From the human T2T-CHM13v2.0 reference genome, Homo sapiens: DNA of 64,000 bases. Below the pieces are notes generated by a model that made no database searches, was not told the DNA's origin, and saw only the letters and a program-made list of their open reading frames with translations. The DNA lies in assembly GCF_009914755.1 (NCBI RefSeq), contig NC_060927.1, one strand, 5' to 3'. Below, one piece after another: positions 14,816 to 30,621 of this stretch (position 1 is the stretch's first letter; each line of letters starts with the position of its first letter). A program made the position numbers and the translations under genes.

Positions 14816-17217
14816 ATTGTATCTCAAATGACTGTTCAGAGACACAGTCTTTAGGTGCTCACTCTAGAGAGGACTGTGATAAGCATAAAGCATAATAATG
14901 TAAACCCTAACTTACAAGTTTCTTTAAAAGTTGACTCTTAAGGGTATTACACTTGCTCATATTTTAAATATTTAAAAACAATTAAAATTTTTTTCCTTCA
15001 TATTCACCATTGGCTTTTCAAGCATGCACAGAAGTGGTGTGCAGATCGTTTCAGATCAATTTATCATAAAATCTAAGTTGATAGGTGTTCTCTTAATGAT
15101 GTTCTTATACTGCCTGTTCACCTTGACCCTTTAGCTTTGAGTAGATTAGAGAGTGTAGGGGAAAGATCTTTTTCCCTTCAAATACTCAAAGGATCATGTG
15201 TTCTCTTGAGCAGTTCTGCAAATCCATATAGGACAACAGGAGAATAAGGATTTAAAGTGAAAGATTTCAGTCGGCTGCTGAGCTGCTGGGAGGAAGAGAT
15301 GGTGTGTGGTGCTGACCTGTCCCTGATTGCCCCTCATAGAAAGCGAATTGGCTCTCCCCACGTTGGCTCCCATGGAAAGGACTGATGGGAGAGAGAGTGA
15401 GGAGAGCTGGGGATGCCCTTCCAGAATGCTGACCAGGGCACGTGGGAGCAGTGGTGCTGGCTGGCCTTCAAGATCCCTTTCTGCACATGGGAGCTGAACC
15501 AGTGAGATACAGCACCTGGATCAGGCAGCGCAGAGGAGCAGTGTGGTTCTCCTCTGTGGTGTGAAATTACCCTGGAACCACCAAGCAGGGTTCAACAGCA
15601 CTGATCCCTCCCATCAACCCAGGTCTAGGTCTCACTCCCTCAGCACCATCTCGCAGCTTCTAGCACCCCTGGAGGCTCTGTGAACCTCTCACCCTGCATT
15701 CCTTGACTCTTCATGAACTGTCGGCCTTCCTGTGTAAGTGGGTCAGGCACCATGTGACCTGCTCACTGCCAGTTTCTTCTTTGAATAGATGTTTATTTCA
15801 TGGATCATTTTGAAGATTCTCCGTGGGTGTGCAACATGGTTTTAGAATGTTGGGTAATTTCTCATGTGTTCTTTGAGATGGATGGCTTCTCAGTCGTCTT
15901 TGCAGTCAGCCACTGTAGACTTGAGTTTCTCTCTTGCTGTCTTCATTTTATTGCTCCATATCTGAGGAAAACCATGTGAAAAATCCCTAGACACATAGGA
16001 GCCCTGAGAAGTGGTGGCAGGGAATGCTTGGGGGACAAAACAGATTTTAGAGTTACGGGTATTTTAATTAAAAAAAGAGAGACCCAGAATTGTTTTTCAC
16101 TTAAATGAGCAATTATATCTTTAACTTGGGGATGGAAATATGTTGTGAAATTTGTTTAGTCAGCTCCCTCTGAAATAAATAAAATTACAGTGATGATATC
16201 ATTCTTGTTTAAAATGTTTGAAAAGGTATCAAGACAAAGTGATTAAGGCCTAACTGTTTGCCAAATTTTCTTTAAAGCTCCATTTTTGGGGTATTTCTAT
16301 GCCAAAAAACATCTTAAACTGATGAACATATAGTTCTCCGCACTTGTATTGGCTGGTTTTTAATTAGATGACTGTTTTAATAGTGGAAGAAATACATTTA
16401 GGTTGGGCCTAAGCCCCAGGGTGCCAGATTTCAATCCCAGAAAAAAATGTTCTCTCTGTTTAGTGCTAATGTGCACTTAAATAGCACAGGTGTGAGTGCT
16501 TTTCCCTGGCCACGGTCACACATGACTTTCCCAAGGGCTGATTGGTTATGGGGTTGGCAGGTTTAAGGTCAGGTTCCCCGGCTTGCCCTCCACCCAGAGG
16601 AGCCAGGACTCTCAGGCTCCCTGTAAGGGAAGAAGTTACCCAGATCATGAGCCTGTTTTGTCTGGGTCAGACTGACTTGAGCCACAGGGAGTGGGTACAG
16701 AAGCCTGGGTTGCTGCCGGGTATGACCCGACCTTCGTCTTGTACCCACTGTCTCCTTCCTTTTGTGAGTCACCAGCTCACACATCTACATGCCTGTAAAT
16801 GAACTATGAGGTATCGAGTATGTGCTACCTACCGTGGTGGATGCTGGGAAGGATGAACCATGCATTTTCCTAAACCCACACTTCGAGGTTTACAAAGATA
16901 AAATCTCATGGCTCTTTGCCATCCCCTTCTCAAGAACCTTCACTGGCTCTCTTTTTAGTTAGGAAAGAAGGTCCAAAGCAAAAGAAAGGAAACACAGGGT
17001 GTGAAGGCTGGACTCCTACCTAACACACCTGTCCATTCCAAACAAACTGGCCGTGCCTCCTCCTCGATCTCCCACTTGTGTGGGTGGCTGTGTCATTTCT
17101 GTGCAGCAGCTGATGGTGAGGTCTTTCACTTGGCTCCATGGTGAATGGGGAAATTCTCCCAGGCACTCTTCCTGCCTCATCTGTGACCGTTTGTCTTCCC
17201 CTGGGGCTATAGTTTGA

Positions 17218-18015
<798 letters not shown>

Positions 18016-18379
18016 TAACATTGTACCACTTTACCCTCCAGTCTGAACTTGGAACTGCTGCCATACACTAAAAGGATTTACTATTCTTAAGGATTTCCTT
18101 CCATCCTAAACTACAAACTTTTTCAGGTCAGGAACTACATTTTATTTTGTGTATTCCCACTGTACCTTCACCTGCTGAGTGCTTAATAAACCCAGGACAG
18201 AATTGAAGGCAGGCTGAGCCTGTATAGGAGAGCAGTTGCTTTCAAGTTATGTTAAAAACTCCTGGGCGGGAGCATTCAAAAATTACTCATAGATAACAAA
18301 TCCAGCTACCTGCACGTGCATGAAAGCAGGGAACTAGAGCCACTTTCAGACAGTGACTTCAGCTTAGGAAACAAAAGGT

Positions 18380-18770
18380 TACTTTAAAGTAATGCTGTTT
18401 TACTTATGTTTAACCAATTCTAGTTGACACACTTATTCAGAATGGCCTTACTGCCAATTAGTGGAGCATGTTAGTGAAGTTTGTAATAAAGTCCTAATTT
18501 CCGTGACTAATGAAGCTTTACTTGTGTTCAACACAATCCCTGCTCTCAGTTATGAAGTTATAAAAAAATGTGTTTATGCTGTTGCTGCCGCTGCCCGTCT
18601 GTCTGCCTCCCTGCCTGCCTGCACAGTCTTTAAGAGCACTGTTGCTCTCCTCCTGTTCCTCACGCATTTCAAGCACAAATCCCTACCATTCATCAAAGGC
18701 ATTTGCTGGTGGTGGCAGGGGAAATGTCACAGCACTGCTGCCACTACTGCCAGGTATCTTTTTAAAATGT
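18380..18770. promoter_or_regulatory. Candidate conserved non-coding element
   Basis: Repeat-free. Homeodomain-type sites CCAATTAG, GTAATAAA, CTAATTT, CTAATGA and TTTATG; TCF/LEF ATCAAAGG at 18692-18699. Confidence 0.4.
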
Positions 18771-19167
18771 AATGTGTGTGTATGGGTATGTGTGTGTGTA
18801 TGACTTCCACCATTTCTACGGGAATGTTTTTTGATTAGAAAAAGAAATAGTTGTTACATTTGCAATTTGTAACCAGAACCATTTTCTTTCCAATGCAGTT
18901 GTAACAGTGTAATGATAAGTAGGGTCTTTATCCAACCCTATGACAAGTCACATGTACACACGCCAGACATAGGCTCCAGATTCTGTAATATTTAGCCCTA
19001 TACAGTCAACAGATTTGATTCCCTGGCAGTCAGTCTTTGCATTGGAAGAGAGAGTAAAAATTAGGACTGGTGAGTTCAAAGGTTCTTCTAAGGCCTAAGC
19101 CTTTGCAGTAGGAGCTTTCCATACTAGATATGTTACCTAGAGACTTGTGTTAAAGTGGAAAATCATG

Positions 19168-19514
<347 letters not shown>

Positions 19515-20687
19515 CTAAACTGTAAGTGTGCCTATATGTGTGTTTTAAAACCAGAATGTCTAGTATTGTACCACAGAAAAAAGACGTTACAAAAATAGAA
19601 ATTGTGTCAGTAATTTGCTTTTACTGCTATGAACAATCATATGCAATTCCTACAAGTCATGCTGTGTCTAGCCTCACAGCCCCCTCACTCTCCAGGCCTT
19701 TCTGCCAAACTCAGCTTCTCTGTGAGCATGCCCTGATGAGTTCAAGGGGCTCCCTTCTTCGTGCCACCACCTTTGAGTCCACAACAGGATGGCTGTTGAA
19801 TTGAACATGCACTTAGATTTCGTTACCGTTTCCTAGGTCTTTTTCAAATACATTCCGCTTCTCTCTTTAGTTACTTTTTAGTCTCCCTCAAGGGTAGGGA
19901 TTAGATTCTTCTTTGTTCCCTCTCCCATAGCACAGTTTATGTGGCTTTTGCTGCGTGAGGTTAAAGCACATTGGTGGCTTACATCTTATCCATTTGTAAC
20001 CACCCAGGGACCAGCACATGGCCTTGTACCCAGTAAACAATCAATATTTTGTTGATTAATGATGCCTAAAGCTGGTTAAGTTCTTGGACTCAACATTCTT
20101 CTGAGCTCAATGACTATTTGCATTCTAGTCATAAACAGGAAAAGGTTCTGTTGGCAGCCAGGGAGATAGTAAATACCCCTGACTCTCATACATTGACTTA
20201 ATCAGAAACAACAACTTCCCCTTTTCAAATTTGCATTGTGAATGATAATATCATTTTCAAATATGTAGGATTATGACATTTTAAAGAGAATATAATGAAA
20301 TAGAATGAAGGTGAAAACTTGTAATTATATTAGAGCAAAACTATGTTTCCCATAGCTTATATCCTACTATTTCTATGTAGTGTATCTGGCGTGGTCCCAT
20401 GAGGATGCCATAACCAAATGATTGAACTAGAAACTGAGAAAGACTTATCAAACATTTAGTGTCACGGGCTTGTGAGATGAATCAATGCTGGGATTTCCAG
20501 CTATGTTTTTTATGGCCCTGTATTTTACAAAGCTGTGGAAAATATTGAGCATTTGAACAAGGCTCTCAGTCACAGTCGTATAACAAGATGCAGGATAGGG
20601 CTTTGCCCGTGGAGTTCAGTGTGAAAGTGGCTGTGGTTGGTGGACCTTCTGCCCTTTCCCCTATTGCTCTCTGGCTGCTTTTTCTGG

Positions 20688-20699
20688 TGGGTGGGTGTG

Positions 20700-20730
<31 letters not shown>

Positions 20731-20737
20731 TTTTTTT
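20688..20737. repeat. Compound (GT)n-(T)n microsatellite
   Basis: Directly visible. Confidence 0.9.
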
Positions 20738-21966
20738 CTGAGGTACTTCCCAGGGAACAGAGAAATAAGTTGACAAAAGGCACATATAAAAGAGAGATCT
20801 AGGACTTTCTAAACCTGAGGCCCACAGCCCTTTCATTTAATGCTATATTGGCACATGTCTTTTTTCTCTTCAAATCATTCTCAATCATGGTCCATTTCTC
20901 ACCACCCCCTCCTCCCAACTTGTTATCAGTTGCGCCTGACCTTTTGGGAAGGAAGAATCTTTAAACCCTGTTTGCATCTCAGCAGACGGGAATGCCTGCC
21001 TACTTCTCATCTAGGGCTCCTTTCTCTGCCTTTAGAAATTCTTTTTTATTCTTGATACACACTGCTCAGATTATTTATTAATTTAAAAATTAACATACAG
21101 TAAAAATCGGGGTGTGTGCACGTGTATACAGTTCTGTGAGCTTTAACATATAAATTGTTGTATCTCTTACCACAATTAAGATAACAGAACAGTTTTGTCC
21201 CCCGCAAAACTTATCCTGCCTCTTGTAGTCCTATTCTTCCTTTACCCCAGCCCATGGCAACCACTGATCTGTTCTCTATTGCTATAGTTTTGTCATTTCC
21301 AGAATGTCATGTAAATGGAATCACTCAGCATAATGCCTTTGATATTCATCCATGTTTAGGAGTGTGGAGAAATCGTTCTTTTTTATTGCTGAGTAATATT
21401 ACATTTATGGATATAGTACAGTTTATCCATTTATCTGTTGAAGGAAATTTGGGTTATTTCCAGTTTCTGGTGATTATAAAAAGGTGCTAGAAACGTACAG
21501 GTTTTTGTATGAATATAGATGTTCACTAGCGTAAATACCTAGGAGTGGAATTGTATATTTAACATTATAAGAAGCTAACTGCTTTCTAAAATGGCTGTAC
21601 CATTTTGTATTCCCACCAGAAGTGTATGAGAGCTATAGTTGCTTCACATTCTTGCCAACACTTAATCGTGTCAGTACTTTTTATTTTAGCTTCTGTAATA
21701 GGTGCGTAGTAGTATCTCATTTTGGTTTTAATTTTTATTTCCTAATGGATAATAATGTTATGTTATTTCATGCGCTTATTTGCCACCTGTTTATTATTAT
21801 TTTGGTGACTTGGTGAAGTGACTATTTCTGTCTTTTGGGTTTCTTTTTACTGTTCAATTTGAAAAGTGCCCCATATATCCTGGATCCAGGTCTTTTATCA
21901 GATATGTGATTTGCAAATATTTTCTCTCAGTCTATAGCTTGTCTTTCTATTATCTCTCTTGCTCTC

Positions 21967-22270
<304 letters not shown>

Positions 22271-22468
22271 GTCTTTCTGTTCTCTAAGTGTGTTTTGCAG
22301 AGCAAAAGTTTTAAATTTTGATGACATCCAGTTACTCGGTTTTTCCTTTTATGAGTTATACTTTTGATGTCGTATCTAAGAAATCTTCGCCCAACTACAG
22401 ATCATAAAGATTTTCTCCAGTTTTTTTCCTAGAAGTTTTATAGTTTTACATTAAGATCTGTGGTCTAT

Positions 22469-22784
<316 letters not shown>

Positions 22785-25700
22785 TTAGATTTAATTTTTG
22801 TAGAAAAAGTATGAAGTTTAGGTTGAAGTGCGTTTTCTTTTGCATATGAATGTTCAGTGTTTCAACTCTATTTGTTGAAAAGCCTATCCTTTCTCAACTG
22901 AATTATCTGTACATTTGTCAAAAATCACTTGGCCATACTTGACTCTATTTCCAGACTCTATTCTGTTGGTCTTTGTGTCTGTCCCTTCACCAGCACTATA
23001 CTGTTTTGATTACTACAGATTTATTGTAAGTCATAAAGCGGGGTGACTTGAATTCTCCAGTTTCTTATTTCTCAAATTTTTGTCGTTCATTTTAATTCCT
23101 TTGTCTTTTCACATAAATTTCAGATTCAGCTTGCTGACTTCTACCAAAAAAGCCTGCTGTGATTTTGATTGCACTGAATCTATAGATCGATTTGGGGAGA
23201 ATTGATATTTCAATCATATTGTTTTCTAATTCCTGAACATGATATCCTTCTCTATTTATTAAGGTCAGCTTCTGTTGAGTTGATCATGTGCTTTTGACCT
23301 TTATTCTATTAATATGATGTATTACACTGATTTTTGTTTGAACACAATCTCACGTTCTTCATATAAATCCCACTTAGTCATGGTCAAAATGTTTATATGT
23401 TTATATACTGCATTCAGTTTGCTAGCATTTTGTTGATGATTTTTATGTCTATATTCATAAGAGATGTTGGTATGTAGTTTTCTTTGTGATATCTTTGTGT
23501 GGTTTTTGGTATCAGGTAATACTGGCCTTATAGTATTCCCTCCTCTCCTGGTTTTTGTAGAAGTGTTTATGAAGGATTGATGTGAATTCTTTTTTTGAAC
23601 ATTTGGTAGAATTCACCAGTTAAGCCATATGGGTTTGGCCTTTTCTTTGTGAGAAGTTTTTTGATTACTAATTCAATCTCTTCAGTTATTATAGGCCTGT
23701 TCCAATTTTCCATTTCTTCTAGAGTCAGTTTCAGTAGTAGTTATTTATTTATTTTTCCTGAGAACTTGTCCATTTCATGTAGGCTATCTAATTTGTTGAC
23801 TGCATTTCTTTTAGAATGAATTCTCTTAGTTTTCATCCCTCTGAGATTGTTCTTTCACCTGCATTTCAAAAGGATGCTTCTTGCTAGGTAAAGGATTATA
23901 GATTGACAGCTCTTTTCTTTCAGCACTTTATCAGAATTGTTCCTCTTCTTTCTGACCTCCATGGTTTCTTCTGAGAAATCTGTAATAATTCAAATCATTC
24001 TTCTCTATGCTGTATGTTGTTTTCCTCTGGCTATTTTCAAGATTTTTTTCATTGTCTTTAGTTTTTAGCAATTTGTTTATGATCTTTCTAGATATTGATT
24101 TCTTTGAGATAATCCTGCTGGCAGTCTGCTGAGCTTCTTGCAGTGGTAAGTTTAGGTCTTTTGCTAAATATAGGAAGTTTTCAGCCAGTATTTCTTCAAG
24201 TATTTTTCCTACACAACACCGTTTCTTCTCTTCTTCTGGAACTCTAGTTCCAGTATTTTAGTATTTTCTTTTTAGTATTTTCTTACAGATCCCTGAGCCT
24301 CTGCTTATTTTTATAATCTTTTTTTCTCTTCATGTTTTACATTAGATAATCTCTATTAATCTAAATTCACATTCACTCACTATTCCTGCTATTACCTCCA
24401 GTCTGCAATTGAAGCTATCCAGTGACATTTTAAGTTTTATTGTATCTTTATTTTCAAAATTTTTGTTTTTGCTATCATTCCATTTATTTTAAGAGTATTT
24501 AGCCTTACTTCTTGGAGCATGGTTAAAATAGGTACTTTAAATTATTTGTTTGATAATTCTGGTATCTATGCTATCTTGGGGTTGGTGTCTTTTGATTGTC
24601 TTTTTCCTTGCAAATTGAGAGTTTTCCAGTTTTTCGTATGTTGAGTAATTTTGGAGTATGTTCTAGACATCTTGAATATTTTTATTCTGAGTCTTATTTA
24701 TTATGGAGACTGTTTATTTCCTTAAGCAGATAATCGACCTGGTTGCAAATTCTGACCTGACTTCTCTGGGCTATGTTTCTGACTTTGGTTCAGTTTTCAA
24801 AGCCTTTACAGTGTCATTTTAGTCTGTTTCTTTTGTGTGCAATCTATTGTTCAGTCTGGGACCTGGGCAATGATATCCTAAAGTGAAAATCTGAAGGCCA
24901 CTGGCATACTTTTAGGGTCGGATCCACAACGAAGAGCTTAAATGTGAGCCCACATGTTAATATGCCCCTTTGTGATGTAACTCTCTTGAGCTTCCTTGGT
25001 TCCCTGATGTCCTCTTTTTGCTGTCCTCCAGCTAGAAAGCGAGGAATTTAGTTCCTCTGTTCTCCTGCATTACTTTACGTGACTGTGTCCAAGGCCAAGC
25101 GCTTGAAGGTCAGGGAGAAAAAGAAGCAATGGAAATTCGCCCCTTATTCTGGGACTACAACTCTTGTGAGAATCATTCTTCTTTCTCAGAGTTTTAGGTA
25201 CCTGCTCCGCCTGTGCTGCTGCTTCTTGGTACTGAGGGATTGTCTGGGGGCTGGGGTGGGAGGGATTGGAAAAAAACAAAGCAATACAGATAATTTCTCT
25301 GAACATTAGGAGTTCCTTTTTTTTTTTTTTTTTTTCCTTTGTTGGCCAGAAAATGAGGGTTCTCTTCAGGTTATTTCTGTCCATACCCAGCTAGCACTTT
25401 TGGATGGTGAGCTGCCTTTGAATCCAGACTGGGTGATACTGGAGGGGGAAAACAGTGGAAAATTCTCTGCTGGTTTGGTGATACTCTGAGTTCTAGTCTC
25501 ATTTCTCAATCTATTTGTTGTTATTTACTTTTCAGAGTCCTCTGATTCTTCATGTTTTCTGTCTAGCTTATATATTTGCATTTGGTAGGAAAGATAGGGT
25601 GGGAGTTCTTACTCCATCTTGCCTGGAACTGGAGCCTCTCTATTAGTCTGTTTATTTATTAATCAAATCCTGCATAGAGTGGGATTTACCAAGCCTGGTT

Positions 25701-25793
25701 TCTTGAGATCCTAGGATGTATTCATAATATGTATCATGGAATTCTCAAATAATGCTTATGATAAAATAAGCTTAAATTTTCCTTACTTTAAAG

Positions 25794-26084
25794 CAGAGGC
25801 TGGCAAATGTTTTCTGCACAGGACCAAATAGTAAATATTTTAGTCTTGTGGTCTCATAGTCTCTGTCATAACTTCTTAACTCTGCTGTCATAGTGTAAAA
25901 GCAACCACGAACAATACATAACTAGTAAAGATAGCTATGGTCCAATTAAACTATTGATTGACACTGAAATTTGAATTTCTTATACTTTTCATGTGTCATG
26001 AATTATTATTTTTTTGATTTCTTACAACCGTTTAGTAGGTAGTGGGCCAGATTTCGCCCATGGGCCAAAATTTACTGACCACTA
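25794..26084 (+). mobile_element. MER58 (MER58B-like)
   Basis: CAGAGGCTGGCAAATGTTTTCTG...GGACCAAATAGTAAATATTTTAG ... GGGCCAGATTTCGCCCATGGGCC. Confidence 0.85.
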
Positions 26085-26289
26085 ATTTATGTCATGGATG
26101 GCTCTATGGCCCTGATCAACAACTCCTCTTGATTGAAATTTTCTGTCTGTTCTGGAGAAACAAAGATAGGAAAGCAAGAGAAGTTCTAGAAATCCTATGG
26201 AATGCTTATGGATACAACCTGTAAGCCAAAGTAGCTTCTCAGTCTTCTTTTGAACTCCTTAGGTAGGGCACAGAGAGAGCTCATAGATG

Positions 26290-26450
26290 TTTTATCTTAA
26301 TTCATCTCCATATTACTTTGTAAGGTAAATGCTTTCATCTTCATTTTATGGATCAAGAAACTGAGGCACAGAGAGGACTGCTAGCATGTCTCAAGTCATG
26401 ACTAAACTGGGATTTGTATCCAGGCCTGTCCAGCACCAAAGCTGTTGCTC
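26290..26450 (-). mobile_element. MIR
   Basis: CATTTTATGGATCAAGAAACTGAGGCACAGAGAGG core. Confidence 0.75.
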
Positions 26451-26559
26451 TTCACACTCTAGGATGGCACAAATCTCCTTTTTTTCTGTTTTATCTTGTC
26501 TCTGTACAAAAAAGCCATGTCAATAATGGTATAGGTCATTGAAAGCCTTATACTTTAAG

Positions 26560-26665
26560 ACTGCTGCGCTCTGGTCTGGACTTACTCATGAATTATTGCA
26601 TAACTCTGGGCAAACCTCTTCATTTCTCAAGGTCTTAGTCTCCATGCCTATAAAATAGGGGATTG
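26560..26665 (+). mobile_element. MIR fragment
   Basis: CTGGGCAAACC...CTTAGTCTCCATGCCTATAAAATAGGG. Confidence 0.55.
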
Positions 26666-27376
26666 GATCCCTATTTTACGTTTATTTCTCTGTCATGGTA
26701 GCTGTGAGAGTTTTGTCAGTGAGCATCCTAATCACAGACAGCGACTTTGGAAAGAGATGGTACACCTTGTCATTGGAGGGCTGTGGGGAGTTGTAGAGAA
26801 CAAGCTTCATCCTGGGACCATGTGTGATGGCTGTTGACATAGAGCTTTGTAGCTGTCAAGGAAAATAGAGTAAACACACTACTTCCTTTTGATCTTCAGT
26901 TTTTCGCAGTATGCTCCTAGATCATACTTCTCTTGATTTAGTGATAGCCTTATAAATTATTGCCACTTTCTTTGAACCCTTATTGGTATAAGTCGGTGAT
27001 AAATGCTTGAGAAACTGGGCCTTGATGAAGTACTGGTATACCTCGTTTGGAATTTGTTCTGAAAATGGTAAAGCATTTCTTAAAGGCTTTGTTATAATAT
27101 GAAAATGTTCATTGCTTTTTTTGTTCATTCTATAATTTTTTTATCCCTTTTACATTGCATGTCTTGATTACATAGTTGATTTGATATTCTCTGAAATGTG
27201 ATGGAAAAGAAAATGTAAACACAAAATTAAAAAGCAGAGGAATGAAGACACATTTTGTGTGCTGCTTCGTGCCAGATAGTTTTGTACATATCCTTGTACA
27301 AAGTAGTGGTCTCATTTTTACCACAGTGAGTAAGCCCCTGGTCTCTACCTTTAAGGAACTTAGAGTTTGATAGGCT

Positions 27377-27548
27377 TAGTGGTTCTCAACTGGCATTACC
27401 CTCTCTTGAGAGTATTTAGAAATCTGTGGAGCAGCTGCAATTGTCACAAATATTGAGGGATGCTGTTGGAATTTAGTGTGTGGGATTTTATCACAATGAA
27501 GAATTATCCCACCAAAAATGTTTATAGATCTCCTTTTGGGAAACACTG
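27377..27548 (+). mobile_element. MER20-like hAT MITE
   Basis: TAGTGGTTCTCAAC...TTGTCACAA...AAGAATTATCCCACCAAAAATGT...GGGAAACACTG. Confidence 0.7.
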
Positions 27549-27629
27549 TGCTGAGTAAAATAGTAGTAATGATAATAAAAACACTTGCATATTGAGCACT
27601 GCCATTGTGTTCAGAGAACTCTACAGATA

Positions 27630-28086
27630 CAGTCCATATTCTCTGATATGTAGCTCTAAATTCAGAAATCTCTAAAATTGAAGTGGGTTTTTTATTAATC
27701 CATTTGGTAAAATGTGACCTGAATTGATGTGAGAACTTTTATTTTTTTAAAGCTGAGAACTGTATTTTTTATAGCTGTATTGAAGTATAGTTTACATATC
27801 AAAAAATTCACCTGTTTTAAGTGTACAATTTGGTGATTTTTAGTAAATTTAAAAAGCTATATGTAACTCTTACCACAATCCAGTTTTATAACATTTTCAT
27901 AAATGCCTCCCCCCCCAAATTCTCTTGAACCTGTGTGAGATGATTTCCAGATGTTTCACTGAAGAAATATGGAAGTGTTTGATTATGGAGTGCTGCTCCA
28001 GATCCTTCCTGAATGCTAGGTATTCATTCATTTTGAATTCCAAATATACCCGGCTGCAGAAGTTTCTTGTAAGAGATTGTGGACTG
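27630..28086. mobile_element. TcMar-Tigger MITE (MER46C-like), nested in a MIR and interrupted by an L1 fragment
   Basis: TA-flanked TIRs CAGTCCATATTCTCT / AGAGATTGTGGACTG, with TA at 27628-27629 and 28087-28088. Confidence 0.7.
27765..27920 (-). mobile_element. L1M 3' terminal fragment
   Basis: TATAGCTGTATTGAAGTATAGTTTACATA...TTAAGTGTACAATTTGGTGATTTTTAGTAAATT. Confidence 0.8.
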
Positions 28087-28479
28087 TATGAACACATCCC
28101 ATCCCCACAATAACCCTGGAAAGTAGATGCTATTATTGTTCCTTGTTTTGCAGTTCAGGAAACTGAGGCATAGCCTTTATACAAGGCTGAATGGAATGTC
28201 ACAAGAAAGTCCAGTGGGGGTCCAGAAGAGAAAATCTGTGACCACTTGGCCTGTAACCGAATTTGCCTATATTTAAAGATGGAGGAAATAATCTTTTTGT
28301 TTTGTTTTGTTTTTTTAGTTGATACTAAAGGATATGCATAAAGTATTTAAAGTTTAACTCAAGATCCAGTGGATATGTGTGGACCCTCACTACCTAGTCT
28401 ATAACTCACCACACCTTTCACTCCTTTGGGTGTCCATCCTTATCCTCTGTCCCCCTCCCACAGGGATGACCACTGTCTA

Positions 28480-28811
<332 letters not shown>

Positions 28812-29424
28812 TTATCTTTCTTTGATTCTCTTTAGTTTTACCACATATGTTTTAATTCCTCAGCAACACTTTAATTTTGCATATTTTTGAAGTTTATATA
28901 AATGGAATTATACTGAGTATATTCTTCTGTAACTTAGTTTTCCCTCAATAATACTTCTTAGATTTATCGGTAATTCATTAGTTTTCATTGTTCTTTTGTA
29001 GAATATACCATGATCTATCTATACTTTGACTGTTGGTGGACATTTGTGATGTTTTCTTTTTTTCTAAAAAGAGATAATTCAAATGGTGCTATATTGAATA
29101 GTCCTCCTGAATTTTTCTTGATACATATGTGCTAAGGATTATGTAGGCATGAAATTTCAGGGTCCTATTGTGGGTACATCTTCAGCTTTATTGGATGATG
29201 CCTAGTTGTTTTCCAAGGGGTTATATAAATTTATACTCCCTCCAATAATTTATAGATGCTAAAATTTTTCCAATCTAATGGTTCTAAAATGATATATCAT
29301 TCTGACTTGAATATGTATTTCTGTGATGACTAATGAGATTGAGCATCTTTTAATATAGCCATTTAGTTTTCCCTTTTTGTGAAGTGTCCGTTGAGTCTTA
29401 TGTCCATTTTTCTACTGGTTTGTC

Positions 29425-29687
<263 letters not shown>

Positions 29688-29899
29688 TGCTGGGTTGTCT
29701 TTTGAATACTCATTTATTAAACTTCTTTATGTGCTCTGGATACTGATCCTTTGTTGTTTATACATGATAGAAATGTTTTTTCCTTCTTTGTGGCTTGTCC
29801 TTTTGATCTCTTTTTGGTGTCTTTGGATAAACAGAAGTTCTTAATTTTAATGTAGCTAATTTATCATTTTCCATTAGGAGTTTTTTTCTTTAGTTTTTA

Positions 29900-30100
29900 A
29901 ATTAGCGTTTATGGAGTACTTTGTATATCCTAGACACCTTTCTAAGCACCTTATAAATATCCATTAATCCTTATAACATTAGAGGCAAGTACTGTTGCTA
30001 TTTCCATTTTATAGGTAAGGAAACTGAGGCACAGAATGTTAAGTGACTTTTTCAAGGTCACTCAGGTAGTAAATGGTAGAGCCAGGACTTGAACCAAAGC
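29900..30100 (-). mobile_element. MIR
   Basis: CCATTTTATAGGTAAGGAAACTGAGGCACAGAATGTTAAGTGACTT...AGAGCCAGGACTTGAACC. Confidence 0.9.
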
Positions 30101-30582
30101 TGTTTAAGGAATTCTTAAGAAAACCTTTTCTACCATGATAAGATGTGCAGATATTCTTATATGTCCTCTGAAACTTTTTTGTTTGTTTGTTTTTGTTTTT
30201 TGCCTTTAGCATGTAGGTCTTCAGTTGCTCTCTAATAGATTTTTGTGTGTGGTATGAGGTAGGGGCCCAGTTTAATTTTTTTCCATGTGGATTATCAGTG
30301 TTTCAGCACAGATTACTTAAAGTCTAACCCTTTCCCCACCTCTATAATACATGCCTTATAACAAATCAAATTTCCTTATATGCTCATATCTATTTCTGGG
30401 TTCATTGTTTTAGTGGTGAATTTGTCTCTGTGTCAGCACTGTACTGTATTAATTAGTATGCCTTTATAATAATTCTTGATATCAGTAAGTCAAGTCCTTC
30501 CATCTTGTTCTACTTTATCAGCAGATTCTTGGAAAGTTTCCTACTCTTTAAAAGCAAGATTGCAGGATAATTTTTGACTGTA

Positions 30583-30621
30583 ACACACACACACACACAC
30601 GTACACACATGCATACACACA
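30583..30621. repeat. Interrupted (AC)n microsatellite
   Basis: Directly visible. Confidence 0.85.
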
